NCBI GenBank assembly: GCA_002269645.1
Contig: NIVC01000082.1
Coordinates: 1 to 64,000 of the forward strand
Origin: Macrostomum lignano
Lineage: Eukaryota
Direction: 5' to 3'
Length of the DNA stretch: 64,000 nucleotides
Part shown: positions 23,858 through 37,000 of the stretch, piece by piece
How positions within the stretch are numbered: the first letter of the stretch is position 1
Layout of the letters: every line of letters starts with the position of its first letter
Translations under genes and position numbers: made by a program
The notes under the pieces: model-generated
The model's database searches: none
The model's input: the letters and a program-made list of their open reading frames with translations, nothing else
What the model was told of the DNA's origin: nothing

Positions 23858-24881
23858 TAGAGCTATCACAAGATCTCAACGAGACAAGATTCGAGACAAG
23901 ATTCGAGACAAGATCTTGACATTTTAATATTTTTTCTCGTCTCGAGAAATCTCAAATTTTGTCAAGAAATTCTAGACGAGATTCAAGAATTTTTCTGATA
24001 CCTTTTTCAAAAGCTTTTAAGTGATAAGATATAAAAAGGGGAGCAAATTTTCATATAAATACAATGTCTGTTTGTTGTAACACACTTGATAGGGCAATTT
24101 TCAAATGGTAAAATCTAGCCAATGTTAAGCAGTTATTTAACGAACGTCATTATATTCAAGTTTGCATTGCATATGCACTCTTTTAGTTATCATACATGCG
24201 CAACAGTCGGCCGAGTCGGCCAATCCGGCCGACCGATTTGGCGACCAACCAAAGAAGTCGCAAAAATGCCCAAATGCCAAAGTGCCTTGTCAGCTACTTA
24301 GTACTAACATCCAAGTAGTAGTACTAAGTAGCTGACGAGGCATTTTGGCTTAATAAAAGAGTTATAGTTACTCCTGCCATTTACCCAAAGTTGCATTAAT
24401 TTTGCTTTACGGTTTTTTACATGCAAGTCACATTTTTGTTAAAAATAAGTCACATGGCTGACTGAATTTTGGAGGTTGCGCATGTATGTTAGTTATCATT
24501 TCAGTTCTGCAGCAAGGTATATCATAGCAGACTTGAAGACAATCTACACAGGTCTTTTGATGAATTAGTAATAGACATAGTACAGTAGGGCCAAATGCCT
24601 ATATGCTACAAGCATAAGTTCTTATGAATAAATAGCAAAGAATTTAAACTAGAATTAAGAAAGTATTCTGGAAAATCTAAAAAATATATTATAGAATTGT
24701 ATCTTATCAAGAAATTTAAGACAAGATAAGGCAAGTCGCAAGATAAGAGCAAGACAAGATGCAATTCTGAAATATATTTTTTAGATTTACTTTGTCTTGT
24801 CTTGTCTTGAAATTCTTGACTTATAAGCCTTTCTCGTCTCGAATCTCGTCTCGAATAAAATCTCTAATTTTGACAGCTCTA
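23858..24881. mobile_element. Non-autonomous hAT-type element, ~1 kb
   Basis: TIRs TAGAGCT[A/G]TCA with GAGAC[A/G]AGA subterminal repeats; 8-bp TSD TTATAGTT (23850-57) / TTGTAGTT (24882-89). Confidence 0.8.
24191..24488. mobile_element. 298-bp hAT-type MITE nested in the element above
   Basis: Perfect 14-bp TIR CATACATGCGCAAC; perfect 8-bp TSD TTAGTTAT; internal ~25-bp hairpin. Confidence 0.9.
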
Positions 24882-25929
24882 TTGTAGTTATACTTATAGG
24901 CCTAGCCCCCCTCCCCTAATGCTTGGTTTAGCTTGCCGGCTTGCCCCCCCCTCAAAAATTTTCTGGATCCATGCCTGCACATTTGCACCGATAGGCATAA
25001 GCGCCTAGCTAGATCTAGGCCCTATAGGGGCCTACTTAACTATACTGCACATTAGGCCTAGGATATATTAGTGTTAGGCTATAAGTATAGTAAAGGCTAT
25101 AAAGTTTCTAGCTATTCATAAGCCCATAATATTTATTTTTAAATCTAATGCTAGGCCAACTGACTAGTAAGCCTTAACTTTTTACTAGTGCTAGACATAA
25201 CTATCTTTGACAGGCCTAATGATACCTTGAAGTTCAACTAAAAAACTAAACTTAAAAAGTGAAAAAAAACATCTATTATCTAGATAGGCCTAGTGCCTAG
25301 AATTGCTGTCCAGAATTGTTGATCCATAAAAACTATCTGACGCTGAAAAACTGTCCTTCGATTAATAGGGCCTAAAAACAACAATAAGGGTAGACTTAAG
25401 GCTAAGGCAATCTGATTGAGATTGATATCATCGAAATGTAGACATGTTTTTCCTGTGCTGTCCTGTGTGCCTAGCGCGAGTCTAACGTAGCCAATATTTT
25501 TGTGTTTTTGTCATTACTCTAATTATGACAAACGATCGTGAAATATTACAACTTCCAGTCATGCCAGTCACTGACTGCAGTCAGTCAGTCAGTGTATTCC
25601 CTGGATGGCTGCAAAAAAACGAACTAAAATCATTAAAATCAAAGTTTTGAATTTACTTGCAAATAGTTAAAACAAAATATTTAGTTTATTTAGTTTCTGA
25701 ATGAACTTTTTTTAGTTTTTTAAATAACATATCTAAATTTAATAAATTCAAACTTAATAAAATCCTTAGTAACGTACGTTTGCATTGGTGTCACGTCATT
25801 AGCAGGCACGCAGTTATTAGTATTTCAGATTATGGGGGATGTGCGGAGCGGAAGTATTCAACATCCAATTCAAATTTTTAGAGGTGCAAATAGACTTCAG
25901 TCTGCGAAAAAAAATAGAATTTCAACTTA

Positions 25930-27300
25930 ATTGAGAACCACAGAGAGATGTTCCGCTGCATTGATGCCGCCGCTGGGGTGGACGCATCCCCTCCCCAGGG
26001 TTCTCGAGCTGTCTGTCGAGCTCACTCCAATCATCACCAGCCTGCTGAACAAGCACTGCAAGCTTTGGAGGCAACGAGGCCACCTCAGTTCCTCAGCAAT
26101 TATGGCGCAGCTCCAAGATTGTCTCCGATCCCTTGCCGAAAAAAGGTGCCTCCCTGCACTGCATGCACCTGCTGCAGTGGAAAACCAACGGGGCATCGCG
26201 CTGGAATACACAGCATGGAAGCTTCTTAACGCAGTTCTGCACGACCGCCTCTCCTGCCTCCGGCCTCAACCCGCTGCAAGGACTTCTAGACCAAGAAGGA
26301 CGGACACTCGCCGATTGTGGAAAAAGTTTAAAAGGCCTGTTACAGCAAAGCATGCGCATTTCCGTCGTACAAAAATGAAGCAAAACCAAGCAGTTTCTTG
26401 TTTCTTTCTGTTGTTAACTGCATTATATATTAATTTAAATGCCCTTATCAATATTTTTATCTTTGCATTGCATCGCGAATTGCCATAAACATGCAGCTTA
26501 TTCTCCAAAGACTCCAATATACTTTCCTTCTTAGGCCTGTATGCCCATTACACTGGCCTTCTATACTTGGCATGCAGAGCTAGATGAACGACAAATTAAT
26601 CAATGCATGCATCTACTTCTGAAGAGTCAGGGTCGAAAAAAAGAAAAACTGGCCTTCTAAACTTTTTGCACAAATTTGGAGTGGTGCGTCCTGTTAGTCT
26701 AGAAGTCCTTGACCCGCTACTGCTGAGCCTCCAAAGCAGGTCCACTACTGAGCAGGTTGCCATCATGCACCATCCGCTCTGTCATCGAGGCAGCTGCAAT
26801 TGACCCGTCGACAGCAGGACGGCCCCACGAGAATAATTCGGCACCAGCTGAGGCGTTTTTCAGGGCGACGCGCTGGCCCCTTCTGCTCTTCCTCGTGGTT
26901 GTAGACTACGTGCTTCGTCCCGTATCTTTGCGAGGATATGACAGCTACTACACATGTACTTGCTGGTCCCACGCCGAAGCTCCAGACATCTTGATGCTGT
27001 TTCGCTGCCTCCTCTCTGTTGGGGTAATGATGGAATTCTCGAGAGACTAGCTGAGGATGTCCAGCAGTTGTGATTTGTCCACTGTCGAGGCTTGATCAGT
27101 GAAACTCGAGAATTTTGCAAACAGGGTGTCCATAGTCATCTGGTGCCACCAGTTGAAGGTCCAGAAGCTCCGCCTGGGCGAAGGCCAGTGACCAACGAAG
27201 TCAGAGCTGATGCAGTCACATGTCACATGTAGTCGACGTGCTGATGAAATTTGAAGGCTTGCCAAGGCTGCACGCACTTAGGCGCAGTGCTGATTGGCGC
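25930..27300. pseudogene. GC-rich degraded coding-like relic, possibly transposon-derived
   Basis: Many short interrupted ORFs. Plus-strand fragments ELDERQINQCMHLLLK, EQVAIMH and RWPLLLFLVVVD..GYDS weakly recall Ulp1/C48-like proteases. No intact frame. Confidence 0.2.
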
Positions 27301-28004
27301 ACAGGGGTGTACTGAATACACCAGCGCTTATAGGAAAAATACAACCTTCTGGCAGAATCGTCGAATATCTCGACGGTGCGGAGGACTAGCGACTTGATTT
27401 TTTAGAAGGTTTGCAACAGAAAGTTTGCTCGTTTTTTAATTTTGTGTCTGCGTTGCCTTGTTGCAGTGCAGCAAAATAAATCGTCAGGGGAATTAATTAC
27501 TCAACAAACATCTCATTCAATTACTCTCTGGTATAGTATCTTTAATTTCGTTCTTGCTTTCATCATTTCTAACGGTTGACCACGTTAGAATAATAAATTT
27601 ATAACTCTTTTATTTAAATTCGCTATAAACACACGAAATTGTTTTTATTATGACGAGTAAACGACTTTCAAAGTAGTTTAAGATTTAAATTTGTATAGGG
27701 ATTAAAACAGTTCTAAATAATTTTCACACACAATGCAGCCGTAAGAGAAACGTAATAAAAACTCTCATTAACATTCTTGTAAGTTGGAAAGTACAAAATA
27801 TGGTCGCTATTCGCAGGAAATTTTCAAATTGTACAGTTAAACTAGAAGAAATACGGTGAATAAATAAAAGTTAAAGTCATAATCACGAATGTTTGAATGG
27901 GACTCATAGACAATTAAGTAGGACTCATAGACAATTAAGTAGTAAAGTAGGACTCATAGACATTAGAATGGGACTCATAGACATTAGGATGAGACCCATT
28001 CCCT

Positions 28005-28830
28005 ATTCACCACTCACTATTCAGTGTTCACTATTCAGTATTCACTATTTACCATTCACCATTCACTTTTCAGTATTCAGTATTCACTATTCACCATTCA
28101 CTATTCACCATTCACTATTCACCATTCACTATTCACTATTCACTATTCACTATTCACTATTCACCATTCACTATTCACTATTCACTATTCACTATTCACC
28201 ATTCACTATTCACCATTCACTATTCACTATTCACTATTCACTATTCACCATTCACTATTCACCATTCACTATTCACTATTCACTATTCACTATTCACTAT
28301 TCACTATTCACCATTCACTATTCACCATTCACTATTCACTATTCACTATTCACCATTCACTATTCACTATTCACTATTCACCATTCACTATTCACTATTC
28401 ACTATTCACCATTCACTATTCACTATTCACTATTCACTATTCACCATTCACTATTCACTATTCACTATTCACTATTCACTATTCACCATTCACTATTCAC
28501 TATTCACTATTCACTATTCACTATTCACTATTCACTATTCACTATTCACTATTCACTATTCACTATTCACTATTCACTATTCACCATTCACTATTCACTA
28601 TTCACTATTCACTATTCACTATTCACTATTCACTATTCACTATTCACTATTCACCATTCACTATTCACTATTCACTATTCACTATTCACCATTCACTATT
28701 CACCATTCACTATTCACTATTCACTATTCACTATTCACTATTCACTATTCACCATTCACTATTCACCATTCACTGTTCACTATTCACTATTCACTACTCA
28801 CTATTCACTATACAGTATTCACTATTCACT
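28005..28830. repeat. Heptamer satellite (CTATTCA/CCATTCA)n, preceded by a short 20-bp repeat at 27895-27995
   Basis: Direct observation; explains the SLFTIHY ORFs. Confidence 0.97.
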
Positions 28831-28896
28831 TGTCTTACTTATTTTAAGCCTCCAAGTCTTCATAATCGACTTCTCTCAACACTGCCACGCGATTTG

Positions 28897-29773
28897 TCAA
28901 TTCCTGACTGTTAGACATTCGAAGCTCTTCATAGAGTACCTAAAATATAGGACTCCCGTGTCGTTTAGGTAGTAATAGACTCCTTGTTCTTCGTAAATAT
29001 CTGGATATTCACGGTAGACTCCAATCGGGTTGACGAAGGTGCAGTAGCCGTGCCACCAGCCACACGAAAACTGTTTTGCGCATTTGTCACTACTGAACAT
29101 GTCGTTGTCGGAATCAAATGTGGTGAAGAACTGGTTGTTAGGAGACCAGCGCAGTTCAGTGCGCTGTCCAACACTCGATTTGGTCGCGTCCAGAGGTCCC
29201 ATCGAGCACTTGTACTTATCGGCCGCTGTGGCAACAGAGAACGGAGCATTCTCAGCCCAGTGGCGGTGAGCGGTGAGCTGGTGCAGCCTCTCCAGCCACA
29301 TCCAGTAGTTGAGACTCTCGCCCTGACCAAATCCGCTCGCGTATTCCGACCAGCTGCGGTTGAAGCTGACGGAGCCGTCGACTCTGCGCTGGAAAGTCGT
29401 CCAGCACTTCACCGGCTCCCTCATCTGGAACGAGGGGAGCGATATGTTCAGTTGCGGTGCTGCAAAGTGCAGAGGCGGCAAAGCAAAGACAAGCTCACTC
29501 ACCCACAGCTGAGGCAGGCTGGAGTTGCTGCATGGCGTGCCGGCACTTCCTGCAGGCGTCCATCGCTCCCCGATCGCAGGCCAGCAGCGAGCAGGAGCCG
29601 GAGCTCGCGTCGAAGTGGACAGCATCCGCGTTCTCAGCAGGCGTCACGCAATGAATGTCATTGAACGCCAGCTTCACCGCCAGCACCCGGTACTCGGCGA
29701 GGTCGCCTCGCTGGATCTCCCAGTCGGATTCTGCCGCCGCCAAGAGAGCAAAGGTGATTATTAGAAAATGCAT
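28897..29773 (-). CDS. Secreted fibrinogen C-terminal domain (FReD) protein, 277 aa
   Basis: Exons 29773-29503 and 29459-28897 with a 43-bp GTGAGT..TTTGCAG intron. Signal peptide MHFLIITFALLAAAES; FReD motifs WTTFQRRVDGSVSFNRSWSEYASGFG, YWMWLERLHQLT, FTTFDSDND and GWWHGYC. Confidence 0.88.
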
Positions 29774-30321
29774 TTACAGCAGGTAGCTTGGATTCTGTGG
29801 CTTGCTAGTTGTTACACTGTGAGCCTTGGTTGAGAGATCCGCGCTAATAAGTTCAGTTCAAGTGCGGGGTTGTAAATTGTTTACGTCACAAATTGCATGG
29901 CAATCATTAAAGCATCATTAAAATAAATTGTGTACCAAACGCGATTAACGCAGGTCTTGCGAATGTTAATCATGAGGATGCCATTTGACTTACAAAATGG
30001 CACTTTAAGAACAAAATGCATGCAATAGTAGGATATTGCAAGCATAATAATGGTAATGATTTCATCGAATCAGTTTGGATAATTTTTGTGCAGTAAATGA
30101 GTAATTGGCACTAATTATACTTCTAAAGTTTCATTCTAGATCACTAGCTTGCTATAAAATCTGAAAGAAAAAATACTTGTATAGTCATAACTTACGTTTA
30201 TTCTACTGAAAGTGGCTCACTCGATGTTAAAATCTGGACATAGTATACATGTACGAGTGTATATCTATGCTCAGCAACATCGAATATACTCTGCCGTATA
30301 ACTCTGCCGTAACTCTGCCAT

Positions 30322-31549
30322 CTATACTCTGCCGTATAACTGCAGAGGTCGTATGTACCAACGAAATCTACTAGTGAACATAATGGCAACAGTTTTGGGC
30401 TCAGAGAGTTCCAGACCGTTGTCATTAGTCCAGGATTCTGCTTTGCAGATAAAGCTCTGCATCAGATCCCTGAGCGTGCTGGGGGACGGCCCTGCCACAA
30501 TGGCAGTGACGTCGTCAGCATCCCCGACTTTGAAGACGGGATCAGGTCGGGAGTCACCCAGAAGAGCGTCCATGACCAGGTTCCAGAGCGTCGGGGTGAG
30601 GACTCCGCCTTGGGGTCCACCCTTACAGACTCTGGCGGAGGCAGTTTGCCCAAGAAGTTGGGCAGTGACCGTACGGTTGGAGATCATGTACATGATCCAC
30701 CGTATGAGGGTAGCGTGAGCTTTGCGGTTTTGAAGGGCCCTCTGAAACGCTTCAAAGATAACGTTGTCGAAGGCGCCAACAATGTCGAGAAAAAGAGCCA
30801 GGGCGTAGCCGTCACCCAGTACCGCCCGTTCAATCTTCTTGACTATCGCATGCAGGGCGCTGTCAGTCGACCTCCCTGAATGGAAGGCGTGCTGATTATT
30901 GCTGAGGGGCATCGCTGTCAGCTCGCATGAAAGCAGCCGCCATAGAATGAGCCTCTTGGTGAGCTTAAGCATTGCTGACGTTAAGCTAATTGGGCTGAAG
31001 GCCTTGACGCTCTGGTAGTCACCCAAATCACCCAAAGGTAGTTGCAGAGCATGAGGTTTGTGTTAGAGATGAGGGCTAGAAGCAACTCCCCTCTATTATT
31101 GCTGTCTTTGCTGCCCCAGTGCTTACAGTATGATGCGTTGAGGTCTCCCCCTAAGCACAGCTCAGCGTTCTGCAGTACTGCGCAAGGCGCAGTAGACTCT
31201 CAGGTGCAGGGTCTCTGTCACCTGGGATATAAATCGAGGCAACATCGAGGAGAGATGATTAGATTGGATGACAGAGGTCTCCATCTGAGAGATCAGTCCT
31301 CAGCCAAGCCTGGAGATGGCTGGCAGCGAGGATAGCCGCTCTAGGGCGGCTGTTCCCCGGGCCACACATAAAAATCAGAGTAGCCAGAGGGAATGTTGGG
31401 CAACTTACCGTTGCGCATCCAGGGTTCAGGATTAGGCCTGGCCTGTACAGCTCAGCTATCTTCATCAGATTTACTGACGCAGATACGCAATGCTGTATAT
31501 TTATTTGCAGACGGAATGTTGCTCGTTTGGAAGCGTGGAGCTTAGTCAT
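30322..31549 (-). mobile_element. Decayed, internally deleted non-LTR retrotransposon (R1/LOA-like): APE endonuclease start + RT fragment
   Basis: RT motifs PISLTS, QHAF..GRSTDSAL, FLDIVGAFDNV, GGPQGGVLTPTLWNLVMD, with YADD changed to DADD. Endonuclease N-terminus LQINIQHC and RPRAAIL, frameshifted. Confidence 0.88.
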
Positions 31550-31756
31550 ACTGTATTAAATGCTATAGCTGGCTAGAACTAGGCAAACTAGGTCGCAGTT
31601 TTGGCAAAATTGATTTCAGTTTTCAAAGAGTTGTCTGTGGCTGAAACTCGAATCATGACTGAGCAGACTTGGCCTAGACAGCAAAATTATAAGTGATATT
31701 TTTTCCGCGGGCAAAATTGATTGCAGTTTTGGCAAACTAGATCGCAAAAAGGTATT

Positions 31757-32479
31757 GGGCCGTATGAATAAAAAAAGAAATTTTTTTCTTGCAAGAAATC
31801 CAAGAATTTCTTGCGTTTATAAGAATAAAAAACTGCGAGTTTCTTGCAAGATTTTCTCGCCAAGAAAATCTCGAGCTTTCACAAGAAAAGATTTGCTCGG
31901 CAAGAAAATCTCACGAGGAAAAGATTTTCTTGCTTTCTGATGAATAATTCTACCCCCCACGCAGCGTCTTATAACATGCTCGCAGTTTTTTTTGCATTGT
32001 TTCTGGGCTCCTGCAAAGAGTAATCACGATATACATGTAAAAAATTGGCAACCATTCGATGCCAGGACGCTCAATCTCAGGGTAAAATTTCAAAGCAAAG
32101 TGACTTTCCTGTCACCTGATGTTCAGGTAAACTCCACATGGATTTTGCCACTTTCTAGTAGGATTTTTCTGGACGGATTTTCGGTGTTCACGTGGTTTTA
32201 GCCATAGACACAGCATGGGCTGCGCCCAAGCCTGAGGAGACGGCCGTCGATTCCACGTCACCGACATCTTGGTTTGGGCCCTAGACAACTTTCAGCCAAG
32301 TGGCAGTCGCCGAGAAAATCTCACGAGCCGAGAAACTTTTATTCATGTCTTTTCTAGAATATCTTGACTCGTAAGATTTTCTCCAACAGATTTTCTTGCC
32401 GGAAAAGAATTTCTTTAAAGAAATTCTTGGCTCGAAAGATAATCTTTAAAGATTTTCTCACGTTTTATTCATACGGCCC
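31757..32479. mobile_element. PIF/Harbinger-like MITE, 723 bp
   Basis: Perfect 17-bp TIR GGGCCGTATGAATAAAA, 3-bp ATT TSD, and CAAGAAAATC/GATTTTCT subterminal repeats. The superfamily is inferred from the TSD length. Confidence 0.8.
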
Positions 32480-33477
32480 ATTGTTTGCGTTCTTTTATTG
32501 CACACGTATTTTATACATGCGATATGAAAATGTATGTATGCACTTAATATACAAAATTATTGTTGTCCTTGGCAGGCTACATTAAAAATGGATGAAAGAA
32601 TACATGTAATGAGATTAAGATTAGCATCCGTGACATTTCACAGCAAAGAGAAAAACTTTAAGGAGCTTGTGCTGGCTGGATACACACATGTACGATCGTA
32701 TGTATATCTGCAATAAGCATTTCAAAATGCAACGTGTTTTTTGAGTTTAGTTAAACAAAAACATGTTTTAGTAGTATAAATAGCTCAGTTAGAAACTAAA
32801 AAAAAGTTTGATGAAACAGTGGAAATGGAGAACAAAAACTTAGCCTCTTGTTCAAGATTCTAAGCTTCCATTTTGCATAAGATGAAATAATAATTTGTGC
32901 GAAACTCTTAATAATTTATACTTTTTTCAAAGCATATTATGCTTTAAATTTTCAAATTTTAAATTTTCAAGCTAATAAGTATCCAAAATTGGGTTGTAAA
33001 CCAATTTTTATACACAGTTTTGTTTAAATTGGTACAGACCAACAGTAACTACAAAACAAACTAATAAACTCGTGTGTACAAGAAACCAAGTATAAGGCGG
33101 TCATTAAAAAGACGTATTTTTAAAAAAAAACACTGCTTTACACAATGATAGTAGACAAGCGTTTTACATTTGGTCGTTAGCTAGCTACATGAAAGCTCTA
33201 TAAAATTAACCTTCCCTTTACTTATCTAAATAAACATTGTATTTTCTTGCCTAGATAGATGATTGAGCAAGGCCTAACCAGCGGATAGCATGCATATTTA
33301 AAGAATAGATACACATTTGGCTATTATTGTACATGTACATATGTTTTAGATAGATACATGTTCAAAGGCCTAGAAGTTGGCCAGTAAAAAATTTTATTTT
33401 AATATAGCATTTTCATGCCAATGGAGTCAGGGAGCTAGCGCGACAATCAAGCTACATGTATTAAAGACTTGCTTTTA

Positions 33478-33656
33478 TTGTCTATGGCCCAAAAGGGGCC
33501 TGGGGAGCAGCCACTTGGAGAATATAGTGCCTGCCTTCGACCATAGACAATAACAGGTTCCATCAGACAAGATGGAGTCACTGCGTGGAAAGGATCGATT
33601 GCGCGTCCAATTTGTCAACTTGGCTTCTCCTCAGGCCCCTCTTGGGCCATAGACAA
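33478..33656. mobile_element. ~180-bp foldback/MITE with ~35-bp imperfect inverted arms
   Basis: TTGTCTATGGCCCAAAAGGGGCCTGGGGAG ... CTCCTCAGGCCCCTCTTGGGCCATAGACAA. Confidence 0.65.
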
Positions 33657-34042
33657 CAAGCTTGATTCTCCCGCTAGGAATTAAACTGCATTGATCCAGG
33701 TCTGAATTGCCTTGAAAATCGCCATAAAAATTTAAATATGAGAACGCAAGCCTCATGCATAGCAGTTATATATACATGTGAAAAGACAATTTGATTGCAA
33801 TGGAATGATGGGTAGTCTGGTGAAGAAATTAGTCTTTGGGACTTGAAAATTTTGTACCCATTTGTTACGGATTTTTCATTAAAATAAGACTTCACTTCCA
33901 ATTTAGAAATTAGGAATCTAGACACAGTAGATTCTGGACTCTAGACACACTCGATTCGGAACTCTAGACACACTGGATTCGGGACTCCGGACACATTACC
34001 GATTTGGGACTCTTTGGGACCGATAGCACGAAATGCTCAGAG

Positions 34043-37000
34043 TTAAGCCACACTGTCATTCGACGGTGGAACAACAATTCGAGTTCGTCTTCTAGCAGCA
34101 AAAATGTTACCAGACTGTAGCGCGCTAATTAAGTCGTCCATCTCACCCTCGGACTGCTGTTGGTGAGTCTGTTGTTGCTGTTGTTGTTGCTTCTTCTGCA
34201 TTGTTTGCTTTTGCAATTGTTGCTGACTACTCAGTCGCTGTTGCTGTTGCTGTTGCTTTTGCTGTTGCTGTTGTTGTTGTTGGCGTCGTGTCTGCTGCTG
34301 CTGTTCCAGCTTCATCTGGTGACTGGCCTTGGCCACCTCTCGGACGAAGCGGGCCAACTCTTGGAGCAGCGTGGGATCATCTTGCGGCTCCGCCAGGTAC
34401 CTGAGGGGTTTCGCGGTCTTAGCTTGGAATTGAATGGAAATACATTTTTGGGGTTTACTGGTTCTGTTGGTGCATGCATGTAGTTTTAATTTATTAAGTG
34501 CCAATCAAATAAAGAGTCCCCACTTGCTGCAGCAGCAGCCACTGTCACAGAACTGCTCTCGGCCATAGACAATAAACCCAATCAAAGCCACTGTACGTCA
34601 CAGAACTGCAGTAGAAGTAGAGAAGTTCAAAGCAAATAATCTGGCAATAGAACTTCATTGTACCATGACCTTTGTGCCCGCTGGGCACTTATACTCTTGC
34701 CTTTTAATGCCATAGACTACATTTAAGCCCGCTTGTGATTTTGAGGGTTTGAGGTCGGTACCGTATGTGATTAAATCCCGAGAGCCGAGAGCCGAGAGCA
34801 GTATACTTAACTGCCCGCTAATTTGCAGTAATGACATTTAACGCCCGATTATTCTGTCCCACTTTGTCAAGGACACAAATGTCTATGGCACAATAATAGT
34901 AATACCCATGCTTTAAGGGCGTTAATGTACTATTACTGACATTTGGTGCTGATTTTTGAATGGAATTGTCCACTTGATTGACTAAATTGACGTGATTGAG
35001 CTAGGAACTCACCTGTGGACACACACATTTAAAGTTTAGGTACCTGGCTACAGTGGCTACCCGGATTTACATGTGAAGTTTTTAAATATATTAAGTATTC
35101 ACGTCTCTCACCTGTGCAGCTGGTCCCACAGGGCCTGGCATTCGGTTAGCGCCGACTTTAGACTACGCAGCTCGGCGCTAATTTGGCGCCCAGTTTCTGG
35201 CGCCAATTGGGCGCGAACGGCATCAGTGAATGCGGAGCTCAAAGAGGCGACCTCTTCGGCGAGTTCTCGGGGCGTCGGAGATCTTGCGGCCTGTAGAATA
35301 GAAATTTTTTTAATAACTTGTTTCGCTTGACTGTGCTATTTTGTCCTCCTTCGTGTGTAATTTTGTCCTTTATGTGTCATTTTTTCCTCCTTTACTTGCA
35401 ATTTACCCTCCTTCATGTGTCATTTTGTCCTCTTTTAGTTTCGAGCTTGTAAATTTTCTTTGCCGTTTTGTCGAGGCTGCCGTGTGGCGTCGTCTCATGT
35501 CACTCACCTGCGCCAGCTTCTGCAGTTGCGACGGAAGCGCCATTAAACTGGAATCGAATGCCAACAAAAAGTGCAACGCCGTTGAGCAAGTTGACGTAGA
35601 CGCGGCCTTCGACGATGCCGACGTTCCAGTCGTCCTGGCGTCCAGCAACCGGGACAGACCCGAAACCCGGACGCCTCGGAGTGCCTGATTTGGACTCGGG
35701 CCAAGCAGGGCCGCCAAGGCCGCTGTCAAAGTCAGGAGACGCCTCAGGGCTCGACTTTCCAGCGCTTGACGACAGGCGGCCGACAGCAGCGCCAGGTGAT
35801 TGCGGCAGTCGATGGACTTTTCGGCGAATCCGTGACGAAAGGCGAGAGCTCGGAGCTTCTCGGTGAACTGCGGTGCCGAGCTGAGGCGCAGCATGAAAGT
35901 TGCTGCTTGGCCCTGAGATATAAAGTAAGTTGAGATGTTTAAAGGGCTTACACTCGCTACACTCAAAAAATTCAATATCAAGGTAGGAAGGTTCCAATTT
36001 TTTAGCACTGACTTGACCATACGATACTTTTTTAATTTGCAATTAGGAAGAAAGCGAAGTCCATATATACACAAGATGGGCCACTCATTAACCAATTATG
36101 TGGCCATAGAACCTAATGTAAAAATGTTGCTTCTCGCGACAGCGCGAAAATCAACTACTGAACTCCATTTCGTCAGTAGTCTCTGCAGTGAATTCATGTG
36201 AATTCATCATTCTTAGTTCAATTGAGTAGCTTTTTAATTAATTCATGCGAAGCTTTATTCAATTCTCAAAAAATAGCGTCTATGTCCCTAAGCTACTCAA
36301 CTCAAAATTTAAGCAACCCATGTCGGCTTTTTTAGCACAAGTGACGAAAAACAGCGGTCGCACTTTCCCTATTGCCGCCATACAAAAGTGGCCTATCTAG
36401 GGAATATAAGATCTATAGTTGAAAGTCTGAACGAAGCAGTTTTCAACTGAGTTTGTCTATGGTAAAAAAACCCAGCTTAACGCAATGCAATCGGGCTAAT
36501 TTATGCATTTTGTGTATTGCCTCGATTTTGACGTCAACGAAGCGGCCAATCGACCTGAGCCGTGGACGACTCCAGTTGGCAGGCGGCATCATACGTACCG
36601 ATCGTCGTACTGCCTGCAAGTTGATGCCCCAACTCGTAAATAGACTTTTCTGCATTGGACCTATGCAAGGTTGCTTTTGCAAAGTTTATTTAAACTATTA
36701 CTTGATGGCAGGCCTGTGGGGCTGTGGACAAAAGGATAACCCGTTGAAAACGATGCCGTGACAATAATCGCTAAAAATTCTCTTGTTATTCTGGAAACTC
36801 TGTCGCGATTCTTGCGACATATTAACGACTCGAACGCGTCTCATGCAACGGAGAGGCAGAGTTGCAGAATCGTAAAAGAATCGCAAGAAATTCATTCAAG
36901 AATCGTTTATGTATAGGCTAGCTAGAGTGCAAGTAAAGTTCAATAGGACTGAGTGTTTATTGCATAATTGTAACGATCCGACTCTGTAACGCGTCCAGAG

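Noticed and set aside
27893-28972. (SLFTIHY)n ORFs
   Set aside because: Heptamer satellite.
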